The position numbers and the translations under genes are program-made. Under the pieces are notes generated by a model, which was not told where the DNA came from, ran no database searches, and saw nothing but the letters and a program-made list of their open reading frames with translations. From positions 121,974,926 through 122,038,925 of the forward strand of contig NC_068985.1 in NCBI RefSeq assembly GCF_001194135.2: a DNA stretch of 64,000 nt. The letters are read 5' to 3'. This DNA is from Octopus bimaculoides. Its lineage: Eukaryota. Of the stretch, positions 1 through 12,782 are shown in pieces (position 1 is the first letter of the stretch; each line of letters opens with the position of its first letter).

Positions 1-59
1 TATATATATATATATATATATATATTTGGTAGGGTTGGTGAAAGGAAGGGCATCTAGCC

Positions 60-150
60 AGCAAATTCGTATCAACCCCAGAAGGGTGAAAGGCAAAATC
101 GATGTCAGCAGAATTTGAACTCAAAACATAAGATGGATGAAATGACACAA
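60..150 (-). mobile_element. Fragment of tRNA-derived SINE (same family as 24345-24552)
   Basis: Matches the 'gaaaggcaaagtcgacctcgg..ggaatttgaactcagaac' segment of the fuller copy at 24.4-24.5 kb; reverse complement contains B-box-like GAGTTCAAA. Confidence 0.6.
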
Positions 151-194
151 AGCATTCTGCCCAGTATGCTGATGCTGTTGCTAGCTCATTTCTT

Positions 195-425
195 CAAGTC
201 GACAAAACAGAATGCCAATATAGAACAAGGACTGTACCAAAGTTGTCCAAGGTGCATGCAGAATGATGAAACAATTCTGCATGCACTTGTTCAGTGTCAG
301 GAATTGCTGACTTGTGGAGTTATGTTGAACAGCTGTTGTCATGTGCGGGATGGATCCATCTGTTGTCCGAGTCCATAGTGATGATTGTGCCACCATCCTC
401 CTTTAAACAGACAGGAATGGCAGTT
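195..425 (+). mobile_element. L1/Tx1-clade LINE C-terminal relic (zf-RVT-like CCHC finger)
   Basis: Translation CPRCMQNDETILHALVQC, continuing after a frameshift as ..DLWSYVEQLL, typical of the L1/Tx1 ORF2 C-terminal zinc-binding region. Confidence 0.6.
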
Positions 426-429
426 TTCC

Positions 430-1160
430 TTTGTGGTAAAAGGAGATGATTTATCTGATCATATCCTTTTTCCAAATCATTAACTATTTTAACTTCTCAT
501 AAAATTAAACTGAGTGGTATCATGGCTAATACAAATAGTAATGGAGATAAGCTTTCACCTTGAAATATACAACATCTGACATTCACTTTTCCAAGTCTCT
601 GTTTCCCTCCAATCAATTCAGTATTCAAATTTTTCACTTTCATTTGCCATTTTCTCCATATTTTCTGTCACTCCAGACATGCTCATTGTTTTACTTATCC
701 AACTCTGTGGTAACATGTTAGATGGTTTTCCGTAATCCAACCATGCTACCTTCAATCCCATCAGTCTGCGTCTACAATTTCTAATTATCATTTTATCAAC
801 TAATTAGTGGTCTTTTGTTGAACTATTTTGCTTCCTGCTCTACTGGGAGGAGATTGTTACTTTCCAGATGATTATATAACTTTTCATCGAGACACTGGTC
901 ATAAGCTTCCACATAAATAAACTGGTTATAGATGGAAAATTTGATACCAATTTACTTTTCAAGTGTCCTTGAGACAGCAATGTTCATCCACTTGTCATCC
1001 AGGTAAGGGCGTGGCACTGCTGCAGGCATTCTTCCAAGTGTGCAAGGATCCTTTCATGCAACTTTGTACTCATAACCTTGTACTCCATCTGAACCAGGTA
1101 CTTTCCAGTTTGCTATGATTAGCTGATTTGATTCACTAATGTTCTCTCAAAATGTCACTT
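430..1160 (-). mobile_element. Degenerate R4/Dong-like (RLE-type non-LTR) reverse transcriptase fragment
   Basis: Reverse-strand translation with frameshifts: NWKVPGSDGVQG.., KLYNHLESNNLLPVEQ.., KMIIRNCRRRLMGLKVAWLDY.., IFQGESLSPLLFVLAMIPLS, i.e. RT domains 0-4 of R4-clade type. Confidence 0.7.
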
Positions 1161-1262
1161 ACTTTGCCTGTGGCTCTCCTTACTTTCCCTCTGTCCATAT
1201 ACCTTACATTTGGTGGCACTTCATTGTTCACACTAAATATTATTATTATTATTATTATTATT

Positions 1263-2231
1263 CAGTAGTTTTATTTTTATAACGTGCTTTCACTTCACTA
1301 CCGAGCGCAGCTCTGTGCGCCTTGGGTATGTGCTGTGGTTTGCTGTGGTGCTCTTATGTTTACTGCATTGAAAGTGTTTTGCGGAGGATGTGTGCAGTAC
1401 CCAGTAGTGCAATTTTCTGTATGTTATATATATTTGTAAGTCCTGCTATTTTTGTTATGTATTTGTCTGAATATTTTTTTATTATACCTAAGGCACCTAC
1501 TATGATAGGAATTGTTTCTGTTTTTAGATTCCACATTCGAGTTATCTCTATTTCCAGGTCTTTGTATTNNNNNNNNNNNNNNNNNNNNNNNNNNNNNNNN
1601 NNNNNNNNNNNNNNNNNNNNNNNNNNNNNNNNNNNNNNNNNNNNNNNNNNNNNNNNNNNNNNNNNNNNNNNNNNNNNNNNNNNNNNNNNNNNNNNNNNNN
1701 NNNNNNNNNNNNNNNNNNNNNNNNNNNNNNNNNNNNNNNNNNNNNNNNNNNNNNNNNNNNNNNNNNNNNNNNNNNNNNNNNNNNNNNNNNNNNNNNNNNN
1801 NNNNNNNNNNNNNNNNNNNNNNNNNNNNNNNNNNNNNNNNNNNNNNNNNNNNNNNNNNNNNNNNNNNNNNNNNNNNNNNNNNNNNNNNNNNNNNNNNNNN
1901 NNNNNNNNNNNNNNNNNNNNNNNNNNNNNNNNNNNNNNNNNNNNNNNNNNNNNNNNNNNNNNNNNNNNNNNNNNNNNNNNNNNNNNNNNNNNNNNNNNNN
2001 NNNNNNNNNNNNNNNNNNNNNNNNNNNNNNNNNNNNNNNNNNNNNNNNNNNNNNNNNNNNNNNNNNNNNNNNNNNNNNNNNNNNNNNNNNNNNNNNNNNN
2101 NNNNNNNNNNNNNNNNNNNNNNNNNNNNNCCATTGCTGGGATTTTTCTCTGTCTATTTCTTTCGCATTTAGTTTAGCCCAGTATTTACCATGTAGGGGCT
2201 TTTCTTGCCATCGTTTTATCATGGTCCGTTG
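1263..2231 (-). mobile_element. 5'-truncated R4/Dong-like retrotransposon (3' end plus 3' UTR), with gap 1569-2130
   Basis: WQEKPLHGKYWAKLNAKEIDREKSQQW before the gap; YKDLEIEITRMWNLKTETIPIIVGALG..IQKIALLGTAHILRKTLSMQ* after it (RLE C-terminus); 3' end abuts the (TTA)n run at about 1238-1262. Confidence 0.85.
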
Positions 2232-2349
2232 CTACCATTTCCCCCATTTCCCCCACTCCACATTAACAACCCACCAGCAATCATCACAATCTATTCTTTG
2301 TTCTATATTGATGAAGCTATTCTATCTTCTTTTTTCGCTGAAGGATAAA

Positions 2350-2422
<73 letters not shown>

Positions 2423-2983
2423 CGACATTTGATAATTTTAAGCAGGTTTCTATTACCTCACCTGCTACATCCCCATGTTGACGGGGTGTGTGCAGCATTG
2501 TGTGTTCTTTTTTGTCATTGGGGAGTGCAATCTCTTCCTGATATTATATTGCATCAGTTTGTTTTGTTATGGTGTTTGGTTGCAGTTTTTTGTTGTATTA
2601 GTGTTTGCATTGTGTTTTGTGTGTGTAATGTAAGTTGTGCTCTTTTGGGTATCTGGCTTGTAATCTTCTGTTGGGTATCTGGCCTGTAAGTACTATTGTT
2701 GTTATTAACCTTCTATTATTATTACAGTTAGATTTTGTTTTAACCAAACTCATAATTTATTCAAGCCCTCCTGTAGTGTTTGAATAGCAGGGTGTGGCTA
2801 TTGCAGTTCATGCTGTGCTTGAAATGTTGGGGTTATTAAGAACTCGGTCAACACCTACCTACCATTTCCCCCATTTCCCCCACTCCACATTAACAACCCA
2901 CCAGCAATCATCACAATCTATTCTTTGTTCTATATTGATGAAGCTATTCTATCTTCTTTTTTCGCTGAAAGATAAATTTTATT
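2232..2983. repeat. 125-bp near-perfect direct repeat (2232-2356 and 2859-2983)
   Basis: ctaccatttcccccatttcc...gataaattttatt occurs twice; one mismatch seen (ctgaaggat vs ctgaaagat). Confidence 0.95.
2352..2420. repeat. (TTA)n microsatellite
   Basis: Direct sequence. Confidence 0.95.
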
Positions 2984-3391
2984 TGTAATATCAATATAGC
3001 TTATTAGACTTGCACATTTCTAATAATGCTAGAACCCTAGGCCTTCTGTAAAAGACCATATGTAATATGAATCGCAATTTTTAGGCCTAAATTGTCTTAA
3101 AACCTTTATTATTATTATAACATGCAAAGTTGCATAACTGCTGCAGGAGTAAATAATTTATTATAATTCAATATATTCAGCTGTCTGCTCTCTGTGTGCA
3201 TATCTCTCTCTTTCTCTCTTACACTCTTCTCTCACTCACTCACTCTCTCTTTTCTCTTCCCCTCTCCCTCTCTTTCTCTCTCTATATATAAGTTTCAACA
3301 TTTGAGCAAAAACAAAGCAACAAACAGAAAATTCACACACAGGACAAGACATTGCTAATTCCTCAAATCTTATCATCCAAAAGATCCTTAC

Positions 3392-3448
3392 TATTTCATG
3401 CCTTCAACGATGATATTGTTCATTTTTGGTGGCATCAGTCGTAAGAAT
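3392..3448 (-). CDS. Candidate 57-bp internal exon of a minus-strand transcript (phase 2-2: FLRLMPPKMNNIIVEGMK)
   Basis: Acceptor ctgttcattcactattcccaacag and donor |gtaagg on the - strand; only one frame is open; no protein recognised. Confidence 0.35.
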
Positions 3449-4519
3449 CTGTTGGGAATAGTGAATGAACAGGGGACAGTGACCAAAACAAACATGACAA
3501 AATACACACACACACATGTGTGTATGTGTGGGTAGGTGTATGCATGTGTGTGTGTGTTTGTATGTGAGAGAGAAGAAGGGAGACTATTTATCTTGTGTAT
3601 CCTGATTTTAGAATAGTTATGTAGCATCCCTGAATGTTGTAAGAAGCAACCAAAAGAGTTGACAAAAAGGATATAAAACATTGCCACCAAAAACTCATCC
3701 CCCCATGCCAACATAAAAAAGTGGACATAAAATGATGATGATGATGATGATGTGTGAGTGTGTGTGTGTAAGTGAGTGTGAGTATGTGTGTTTGTGTGTA
3801 TATGTATGTCTGTGTTTATGTTTACCACAGTCTAGAAACTGATGTTTATCAATTGTATCATATTATGTCTCATAACTTAGTGATTCAACAAATAGGGTTT
3901 AATGAAATAAGTACTAACTCAAAAATAAGTATTAGGGACATTGTGACTGGCTAAAACCTTCGATTATGATGCCCCAGCATGGCCACAGTCCAGTAACTAA
4001 AACCAATAAAAGATTCTACATCAGAAATTGGTAAATACAAAAAGTTCACAAAATAGTGTAAATTACTTTGCTATAAGAAAGTGGAGAAATTTGATGTTTT
4101 AATTCTTCCAAATAAATTCCTTTCTCTGTCACAGCAAATTAAGTCTATATTAGCCCTTATTTCATTTTAGCATGGAATTTTAAAATGACACCTAACGTTT
4201 TTGTGATGCCCTTTTCCTTTAAAATAAATGAATAGTCATTGAATTTCTGTGTTTTGAATGTCAGAGATTCAGAATCTGCAAAAGTTATTTTGCTTTCATT
4301 AAAACAATTTTTTTAAAAATTAGAATATGATTAGGGTTACAAGATTTATAGTAATCACACCCAACTATTCAAGTACTGTTGGAGGGCTTGAACAACAAAT
4401 TGAGTTCAGTACTTCATTACTATTTTTTTTTTTTACATAGATATATTTTGTTTGCTTTTAAAAGCATTTTTGTTTATTTTCTCAAAAATATAAACAAAAT
4501 ATTATTATCAACTTAAAAA

Positions 4520-5410
4520 GCAAATGAAATATATTTATAAGCAAAAATATATATGCTGCAATTATAAGAATTGTAATCCTAATCAGCTTCTGATATTCAC
4601 ATCAGTAGGACAGCTGACCTCAAAGACAGTACATACTTTTTCTTGTCTGTTCCAAACAACAATAACCAGCCTGTTATGTTTACATTTGACAGATATTTTG
4701 ATGAGAATATTCCTCCAGAATTCTTTGCATTGGCGTTTGTGTATGTATTTAGTGCCAAGGTAGTTCTCTATATTTATTCCAGGACAGTCTTTCTCTCAAA
4801 TGATATTGTATATTGTTTTTGTGACAAGGTGGTGTTGCATGGTGAGATACGACCTTGATGGCATTTTTGGGCAGCTGCTAATCGCATGTGTGATGTCTTC
4901 CAAAGAAATATGACATGATCTACATTTTAGGTTATATCTTGGAGCTCTTTTGTTTATTAGGTATTTTGTAGCAATCCCCTGTTCTTGGATTGCAAGTGCA
5001 TAACTCTCAGAGTGTTATGTGATGTAGTGGTCCTAAGTCCAAGAGTGGCTTTGCTTCATATCTATATTACTGTTTTCATCAAGTCTTCAGCAAACATACC
5101 CATGCATGGAATTTTTTTTTGTTTTTATTTTTGTCTTTTGGTTTTTTGCATATTGAGTGTTTCACCTCGAAGTCTTTGAGATATGTTTTTCTGGTTGTTT
5201 TGGAGTTGTAAGGGAGATTATCAGGAAGAGAAGTGCTTCTTGAGCAGTTCACTGCCAAAATGTAGGATATCGTTCTCTTCACTGTTCAGCACTAAGTTAA
5301 TGTATTTATTTTTGCTGTTGTTGTTTAGCAAGTGCTGTTTGAGAGGGATATGACAACCAAAGGCTGTCTGCACTGATCTCAAGCTTCTACTTCTTTTATC
5401 TCTATGTATG
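4520..5410 (-). mobile_element. Degenerate R4/Dong-like retrotransposon C-terminal region (CCHC knuckle plus RLE)
   Basis: Reverse translation: RDKRSRSLRSVQTAF..LKQHLL; ALAIQEQGIATKYL; CRSCHISLEDITHAISSC; VVWNRQEKVCTVFEVSCPTDVNI. Confidence 0.75.
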
Positions 5411-5764
5411 TATGTATGTGGCACCAGACATCTTGCTCCAACTTGTCTCTGGATAATGTCAATAAAGTGGGGAGGGTCTATGAGGTGTTGTGCAAGCCTT
5501 ATTGGACCTAAAACTCAGCACAAGCATTGCTGACCTCTGCTCGACATGTGCGTATTCTTTTTTTTTCCTATATATATTTATCTTGCAAAATATAAGTTAG
5601 TCCTAGAGCGCACAATGTTCCTGAAGGTCGGCAATGGTCTTCCTCGGTCACGAGTGGACGGCCATCATCATGTATGTATGTATGTATGTACGTATGTATG
5701 TATGTATGTATGTATGTATGTATGTATGCATGCATGAATGTATGCATGCATGAATGTATGTATG

Positions 5765-6050
5765 CACATGTGTGGGAGTGCATGGGTGTGATAGTGCATG
5801 AGTATGTGACCCCGCTTGTCTTGATATCACATAGTGGTTGCAAAGAAGGCATCATTCATTTCCAATCTTTCATGAATAACTTGCCTGGCCATGGGTAAAT
5901 ATTACTTTACTTGGAAACTGGTGATGACAATCAGGATATCCAGCCATAGAAAACCTGCTCCAATGACTTCCATGTAACCCATGCAATCATGGAAAATGCA
6001 TGTTGAAATGATGTTGATGATGATGATTCATCGATGTTGATGATGATCGT
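5765..6050 (+). mobile_element. Old SINE-like element ending in an RTE-type tail and (GAT)n
   Basis: Ends aacccatgcaatcatggaaaatgcatgttgaaatgatg.., a decayed form of the RTE 3' end seen elsewhere in the window. Confidence 0.5.
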
Positions 6051-6472
6051 GATTCACTGTATCACAAAATTATCATAATTCATTACAGTATCTTATACAA
6101 ACATCAGTGCTAGAGAACTTGCTTCATTGCTTATTGTTCACAACCTCACAACTTCATGTTTAATTCAAATTCTGACCCTCATATATGCAGGTATTTCTGC
6201 TATGCTCAATATATTAGTATGTCAAGCAACAATCTTCAGTATTTCAATACCACACCCACAGAAAATTCTAGAACTTAGAAGAAAATAGACCTCTTGTCAA
6301 AAAAAATTCTTCTCTTGGTGAACAAAAAAGTGGTCTAACTACATAACAGAAGATAGCTTTCTTAAGAGCCAATGTGGGGAACATGTACATGATTGCTCAC
6401 ATTACTAGAAATAGTAACCAAATCTTCCCTAAATTACACTCAGCTGTCTTAAAAAGGAAAGACACATTAGAT

Positions 6473-6651
6473 CAGTGTTTTCCAGCATACCCTTGGTGAT
6501 AGGTTGACTCAGCTAACACCTCTCCTTAAATGTTTTGTAATGATATTTAAAACAGATGAAGTTAAATTTGAATTCCTAGCACCCTTTGAAATTAATTTAA
6601 ACCCCGCCTCCCAACCCCAGGGGTATTAGCACCTTGAGATGGGAAACACTG
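6473..6651. mobile_element. hAT (Charlie-like) MITE
   Basis: TIRs cagtgttttcca / tgggaaacactg; 8-bp TSD cattagat / catttgat (1 mismatch). Confidence 0.7.
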
Positions 6652-7786
6652 CATTTGATGATGCAGGCATGGGTATACATTATCTAAAAATGTGAGGTGT
6701 TCATAAGAGAAATGCTTATGGCCATAGATCTGCCACCTCTGAGTCTAATCAACAAAAACAACAACAACAACAGCAGCAGCAGCAACAGCAGCAGCAAGCT
6801 CTCTTAAAAACACAAGACTGAAATTTACTTCTTTTCTTTATTTTCTATGCACATTTTGTCCATGTTCTCATGAAGATGATAAATTTTTGGAGCATGAGCT
6901 TTCTAGTAACCATTCAAATGAATAGGAATGGAACCCATTTCCCTCAGTCAAGCAGGTGTGAGAAAATGTTATTAGCTTTACTTAGAAACACAACACAATG
7001 GCTCTGATGATCAATAGACCAAAACTTGAATCTCAGAACCACTGTCTCTCTCAGATCACATCTCTTGAAAAATAGAAAGGGAAGCAAACTTTGTATGAAA
7101 ATGAGATTGAAGTTTAGTAAAGTGAAATTCAGGAATTCTAGAGATGAAAAATATTATTTTTTGCCTTCCATAACATGACAAACGATTTTAAATGTTGGAC
7201 TATGGCATTCAAAAACGCACAAAAAGAGCATAATGTGACTGAAAATACCTTAAATTTTTTTTTATTAATATGTACTAAAAATTCCTGATCAGACATTCTT
7301 TTGACGTTGATGAAAAGTTAGGACATTTATAACATTTTTTTACATGTAGAACATTTGTAAATAGAGGAAATACTGGCTATATGACATGTCTAATTCCTGA
7401 ACACCATCACTACCACTATCACCACCACCACCACACAATCAGACTGTTATTCATTCGAATGGTTTTTATATATTACCAATATACTGCATGGTCATTTGGA
7501 AGAATATTTGTCTTATTTGTCGGAAGCAACAACTTGAGTGTGTAAGATTGTCAAAAGAAGGAAAAACATGAAAACGAAATAACAGCTAACAGGAAACAAA
7601 ACTCTACAGTTCCTAATAAGTTAGCTTTGACATATTTAATGCTTGAACCATTAAGAAACTAACAAGAAATAGTTATGTGATGAGATGATGAGATTAGAAG
7701 AAAATACAAAAAAAAATTTTAGTCAATGACTAATATTATGAAACTATTAATCATATTTTCTTTTTTCTAGTAAGTGCAACAGACAT

Positions 7787-7828
<42 letters not shown>

Positions 7829-7979
7829 TATAGTTCAGTCTGTTTTCAAGAGGCCAGCTTTGAGAGTTGCATTTCCTCGTGTTTGGTAAAAATGTGTTTA
7901 TTATGGTAGTTTTGACCTTAGGGTCCCTCATAGCATGAGACATTCATGTATAGTAATGCCCTTATATAAATATAAAAAA

Positions 7980-8012
<33 letters not shown>

Positions 8013-9366
8013 CTAGCTGGTGTACCCAGTAATTCCCGGGGGTAAAGATGATCTATTGAAATGCCTTGTTACTCTGATATAAGAAAACAATTTTGTTATA
8101 ACTGCCACAAAAGGTGTATTTTCCGTTGTGAAAAAGTTCAAAAACTGTCAGCTGGAGGAGGAAGAGATTGTTGGAGGTTGGTGAGAAAGATTGTCGGAGG
8201 TTTGTGAGAGAGGTTATATAAATATATGAATAGAGTGTTTGAAGAAAGTGCAATAATAACATTCACACTCACTGATGGCCACTCTCAGTAACTGCCTTTA
8301 GCTTACGGAGTTCTTGTTTTTATAATTATCGAAAAGCAGCCAGAAGGATAGACATATTGTTGAGAACAAATGCTTTCGTTAGAGGTCTGTTATCTCTAAT
8401 CCAGCCCCTGGTGGCCTAGAAGAGGTTAGAAGGGTCAAGTGGCAAACACATTATTTAGCTTAGCGAAGGCATCTGGGAAATGTATGACTGCTGTCATTCA
8501 CAGAAAACTATTGTTTTACCATGAGAAAAGCGCTGTTGAAGTGTTAAGTGCAATTTGGCAATCGAGGATCGATTCCACACTACGCCTGCATAAAGCCACT
8601 TCTTTGTGGAATAAAAAATTTATCTACTGTCATGGAAAAAGTGTAACTGTAAAAATGCAGAATTATCGGAGTAATGGGCATTCAAAAAAGTAAGTATGTA
8701 TAGAAATGTATGAATGAAGTCTTTAAGGTTTAAGATTCAAATTAAGGAAGTGCAATAATGATGTTTAGCAGTTCAAAACTGTGAGTAGTGAAATGTGGAA
8801 TTAGTTTGGCTGATCGTGAGAATCAAATATTGATTGCTTCGCTAAAAAACTGCAGGTGGTATGGGTTATTTCCCTTGGGTTGTTTAAATAAAATATTAGT
8901 AATATGTAGTAGATAGAAGGATCCATTGGAATAGCCCTATTATCAATTTTTTTCAACAATCTAAGTGTATCACGAGGTTTCCAGACATGAGTTCTATTCA
9001 TGTGTCAAATAAAGTAATATTATCTGCAAAAATTAGAAATTGGGCACAAAAAAAATCAATATTCAAAGTAATCGAACATAAACAATGAAATGGATTATTT
9101 CTCTTGAGTGTTTAGAAAAATATTGTGCAGATGCTATGGGTTATTTCCCTTGGGTGTTAAAAAAAATAGTTACATGAGGTAAATATAAAGATCCCTTCCA
9201 GGGGCTGTATTATCGATTTTTTCAACAATCTAAGTCTGTCACAAGGTTTCCAGACATGAGTTCTACTCACGTGTCAAGTTTCATCAAAATCATTAAAGCG
9301 ATGTAGGAGGAGTTAGTTAACAACACCACAAACAAACACACACTGATTTTCCACATATGTAGTAGA
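8013..9366 (+). mobile_element. Helitron/HINE-like non-autonomous element, copy 1
   Basis: Starts ctagctggtgtacccagtaattcccggg, ends ..ttccacatatgtagtaga; no TIR or TSD; directly followed by a second copy. Confidence 0.6.
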
Positions 9367-11031
9367 CTAGCTGGTGTACTCGATAATTCCCGGGGATAAA
9401 GATGTTCTATTGAAATGCCTTGATATACATATTGAGAACAAATGATTTTGTTGGAGGTCTGTTATCTCTATTCCAGCCACTGGTGGCCTAGAAGAGGTTA
9501 GAAGGTCAAGTGGGAAAGACATTATTTTGCTTAGCATCTGGGTAATGTATTATTGCTGTCATTCACAGAAAAACTATTTTTTACCATGAAAAAAGCGCTG
9601 TTGAAGTGTTAAATGAAATTTGTCAATCAAGGATCGAATTCATGCTATGCCTGCATGAAGTCACTATACATACATTGTGGAATAAAAAATTTATCTACTG
9701 TCATGGAAAAATGCAGAATTGTCAGAGTAATGGCCATTCAAAAAAGTATGTATGTATGACGCATGCGTACGAACAACCATGCTACATGGCAGTGAAACAT
9801 GGGCTGTAACTGCTGAGGACATACGTAAGCTCGCAAGGAATGAAGCCAGTATGCTCCGTTGGATGTGTAATGTCAATGTGAATACCCGTCAGAGTGTAAG
9901 TATCTTGAGAGAAAAGCTGAACATTAGAAGCATCAGTTGTGGCGTGCAAGAGAGACGATTGCGCTGGTATGGACATGTGGTGAGAATGGAGGAGGATAGC
10001 TGCGTGAAAAAGTGCCACACCCTAACAGTTGAGGGAACCCGTGGAAGAGGTAGGCCCAGGAAGACCTGGGCTGAGGTGGTGAGGCAAGACCTTCGTACAT
10101 TGGGCCTCACCGAGGCGATGNNNNNNNNNNNNNNNNNNNNNNNNNNNNNNNNNNNNNNNNNNNNNNNNNNNNNNNNNNNNNNNNNNNNNNNNNNNNNNNN
10201 NNNNNNNNNNNNNNNNNNNNNNNNNNNNNNNNNNNNNNNNNNNNNNNNNNNNNNNNNNNNNNNNNNNNNNNNNNNNNNNNNNNNNNNNNNNNNNNNNNNN
10301 NNNNNNNNNNNNNNNNNNNNNNNNNNNNNNNNNNNNNNNNNNNNNNNNNNNNNNNNNNNNNNNNNNNNNNNNNNNNNNNNNNNNNNNNNNNNNNNNNNNN
10401 NNNNNNNNNNNNNNNNNNNNNNNNNNNNNNNNNNNNNNNNNNNNNNNNNNNNNNNNNNNNNNNNNNNNNNNNNNNNNNNNNNNNNNNNNNNNNNNNNNNT
10501 CACCAGTCCTCAGTCAAATCGTCCAACCCATGCTAGCATGGAAAGCGGACGTTAAACGATGATGATGATGATGATGATGATGAAGAAATGTATGTATGAA
10601 GTCTTTAAGGTTTAAGATTCAAATCAAGAAAGTGCAATAATAATGTTTAGCAGTTCAAAACTGTGAGTAGTGAAATGCAGAATTAGGTCGGCTGATCGTG
10701 AGAATCAAATATTGATCGCTTCGCTAAAAACTAACAACTGTAAATGCAGGTGCTATGGGTTATTTCCCTTGAGTGTTTAAAAAATATTGTGCAGGTGCTA
10801 CGAGGTATTTCACTTGGGTGTTTAAAAAAATTAGTTATATGAGGTAGATACAAAGATCCCTTCTAGGGGCCGTATTATCAATTTTTTCAACAATCTAAGT
10901 ATGTCTTGAGGTTTCCAGACATGAGTTCTACTCATGTGTCAAGTTTCATCAAAATCACTAAAATGATGTAGGAGGAGTTAGCTAACAATGCCACAAACAA
11001 ACACACACCGATTTTCCACATATGTAATAGA
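9367..11031 (+). mobile_element. Helitron/HINE-like element, copy 2 (head-to-tail with copy 1), interrupted by an RTE
   Basis: Starts ctagctggtgtactcgataattcccgggg; colinear with copy 1 apart from an internal deletion and the RTE insertion; ends ttccacatatgtaataga. Confidence 0.6.
9752..10583 (+). mobile_element. 5'-truncated RTE LINE (ORF C-terminus, 3' tail, (GAT)n)
   Basis: YDACVRTTMLHGSETWAV..RRLRWYGHVVRMEE..GRGRPRKTWAEVV; tail aacccatgctagcatggaaagcggacgttaaacgatgatg. Confidence 0.9.
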
Positions 11032-11034
11032 TAT

Positions 11035-11069
<35 letters not shown>

Positions 11070-11077
<8 letters not shown>

Positions 11078-11390
11078 AGCACTGCCTTTAGTCAAACAAA
11101 CCGACTCCAGGACTTATCCTTTGTGTGCTTAGTACTTATTCTATCAGTCTCCTTTGCTGAACCGCTAGATCACAGGGACGTAAATACACCAACATTGGTT
11201 GTCAAGCAATGCTGAGGGGGACAAACACAGAGATACACACAAATGTATACATAGGCACACATGCACTGGCACGCATGCACACACACATATATACGACGGG
11301 CTTCTTTCAGTTTCCGTCCACCAAATCTACTCACAAGGTTTTGGTCAGCCCAAGGCTATAGTACCATGTGGTTGGGGAGCAAGGTGTGTG
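11070..11390 (-). mobile_element. tRNA/CORE-type SINE, internally deleted
   Basis: Colinear with the fuller copy at 13165-13575. Confidence 0.75.
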
Positions 11391-12299
11391 TGTGTGTGTA
11401 TTTATGTATGTATCTTCAAATATATCTTGCCTTGGTTTCTCAACTGATAGAATTGTAAAAATGTCATCATGACATTTGTAGACACCTGGCAGAGCCCATC
11501 CCTCAATTTCTTCCAGAATGCAACAGACAAACAAACAGGAAAAAGGGATGAGAGAAAGAAAGAGAAAAATTGACCTCAGTATCACTGTGGCACTTTGTTT
11601 ATCATGTCCCAAAAAGGCAAAGTCTACCTTGGTAGTATATGAAGTTAGAGAGCCAGAACAAATAACCATAAGACAATCTACCCAAAGTTCTAATGATTTA
11701 GCTACTTCACCACCTTAATCTTCATATATATCTTATTCTGATCCCATCACTGAAGCATAACCTTCACTGTACTTGTGAAAGTTAAAAAGTAATTAATAAA
11801 TGAATAACATCGTTCATCATGCTAAACTCTGTGGAAAAATCATACATGATTTTCCAATTGCAAATATCTTATTTAAAGACATCTAAATCTTTAAACTCCT
11901 GAACTAGATGCCATAAAGCACAAACCAGTCACAATATTGACTTTGTTGGCAAATGCCTAGTTCTCACATTTTTTTTACAAGTTACTGAAATCGAGATACT
12001 AGGCTTTTTTGTTTCTGAAAGCATATCTCCAAACCAGTTTGAGCACCTAATTTATTTCAGTAGTTTACAGCCTGCTTATTTTATGGAACTGCAAAAACTT
12101 TGTATGAAAATTATGTCAGCTACTCCAAATACTTATATATTCTTGTATTTCAAACATATGTTTGATAATGTTTCTTACGTAATTTTTAACAAATCATATT
12201 TCATACCATACTGTTATAGAGTCAATTAACAAGGCAGCAAATTCTTGCATTATCCTTGACTCAGTTCTGAATATAAGTACTCACATGATACCATGCAGT

Positions 12300-12362
12300 C
12301 ATAGTTAACACAGTGGTATATCAGGTTAACATAGTAGTATATTAGGTTAACACAGTGGTATA
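12300..12362. repeat. About 21-bp tandem repeat x3 (gttaacacagtggtatatcag)
   Basis: Direct sequence. Confidence 0.8.
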
Positions 12363-12782
12363 ATCTGGATAAGCTAAAAGTTGTATTAAAGTAAATTCAA
12401 AACTTAATTTTATCAAATTGTAAGTTTAAATGTAAGTAAACACTGATTACAAACATATTCTGATTACAAGCATATTGAAATAAATAGAAAAAGAATTAAA
12501 AATCCTTGAGAATAATGCCTTAAACAAACATGTCAATGATATATGCATATATCATGCATCAAGGACATGTCATTTGGGTGAGGAAGATAGGCAGTACCTT
12601 TCCAAACTAAAACTATAAATATTAATTATAGAATATAAGAAGTAAATGATTACAAATCATTATAAAAATGCTAGTTTAGAGTATGAAATTCAATATATAA
12701 TTCAATAAATAGCTATTATTTCACTTGACAAACACAATTTCTCTGTACTCTACAACCACAACATATATATATATATATATAT

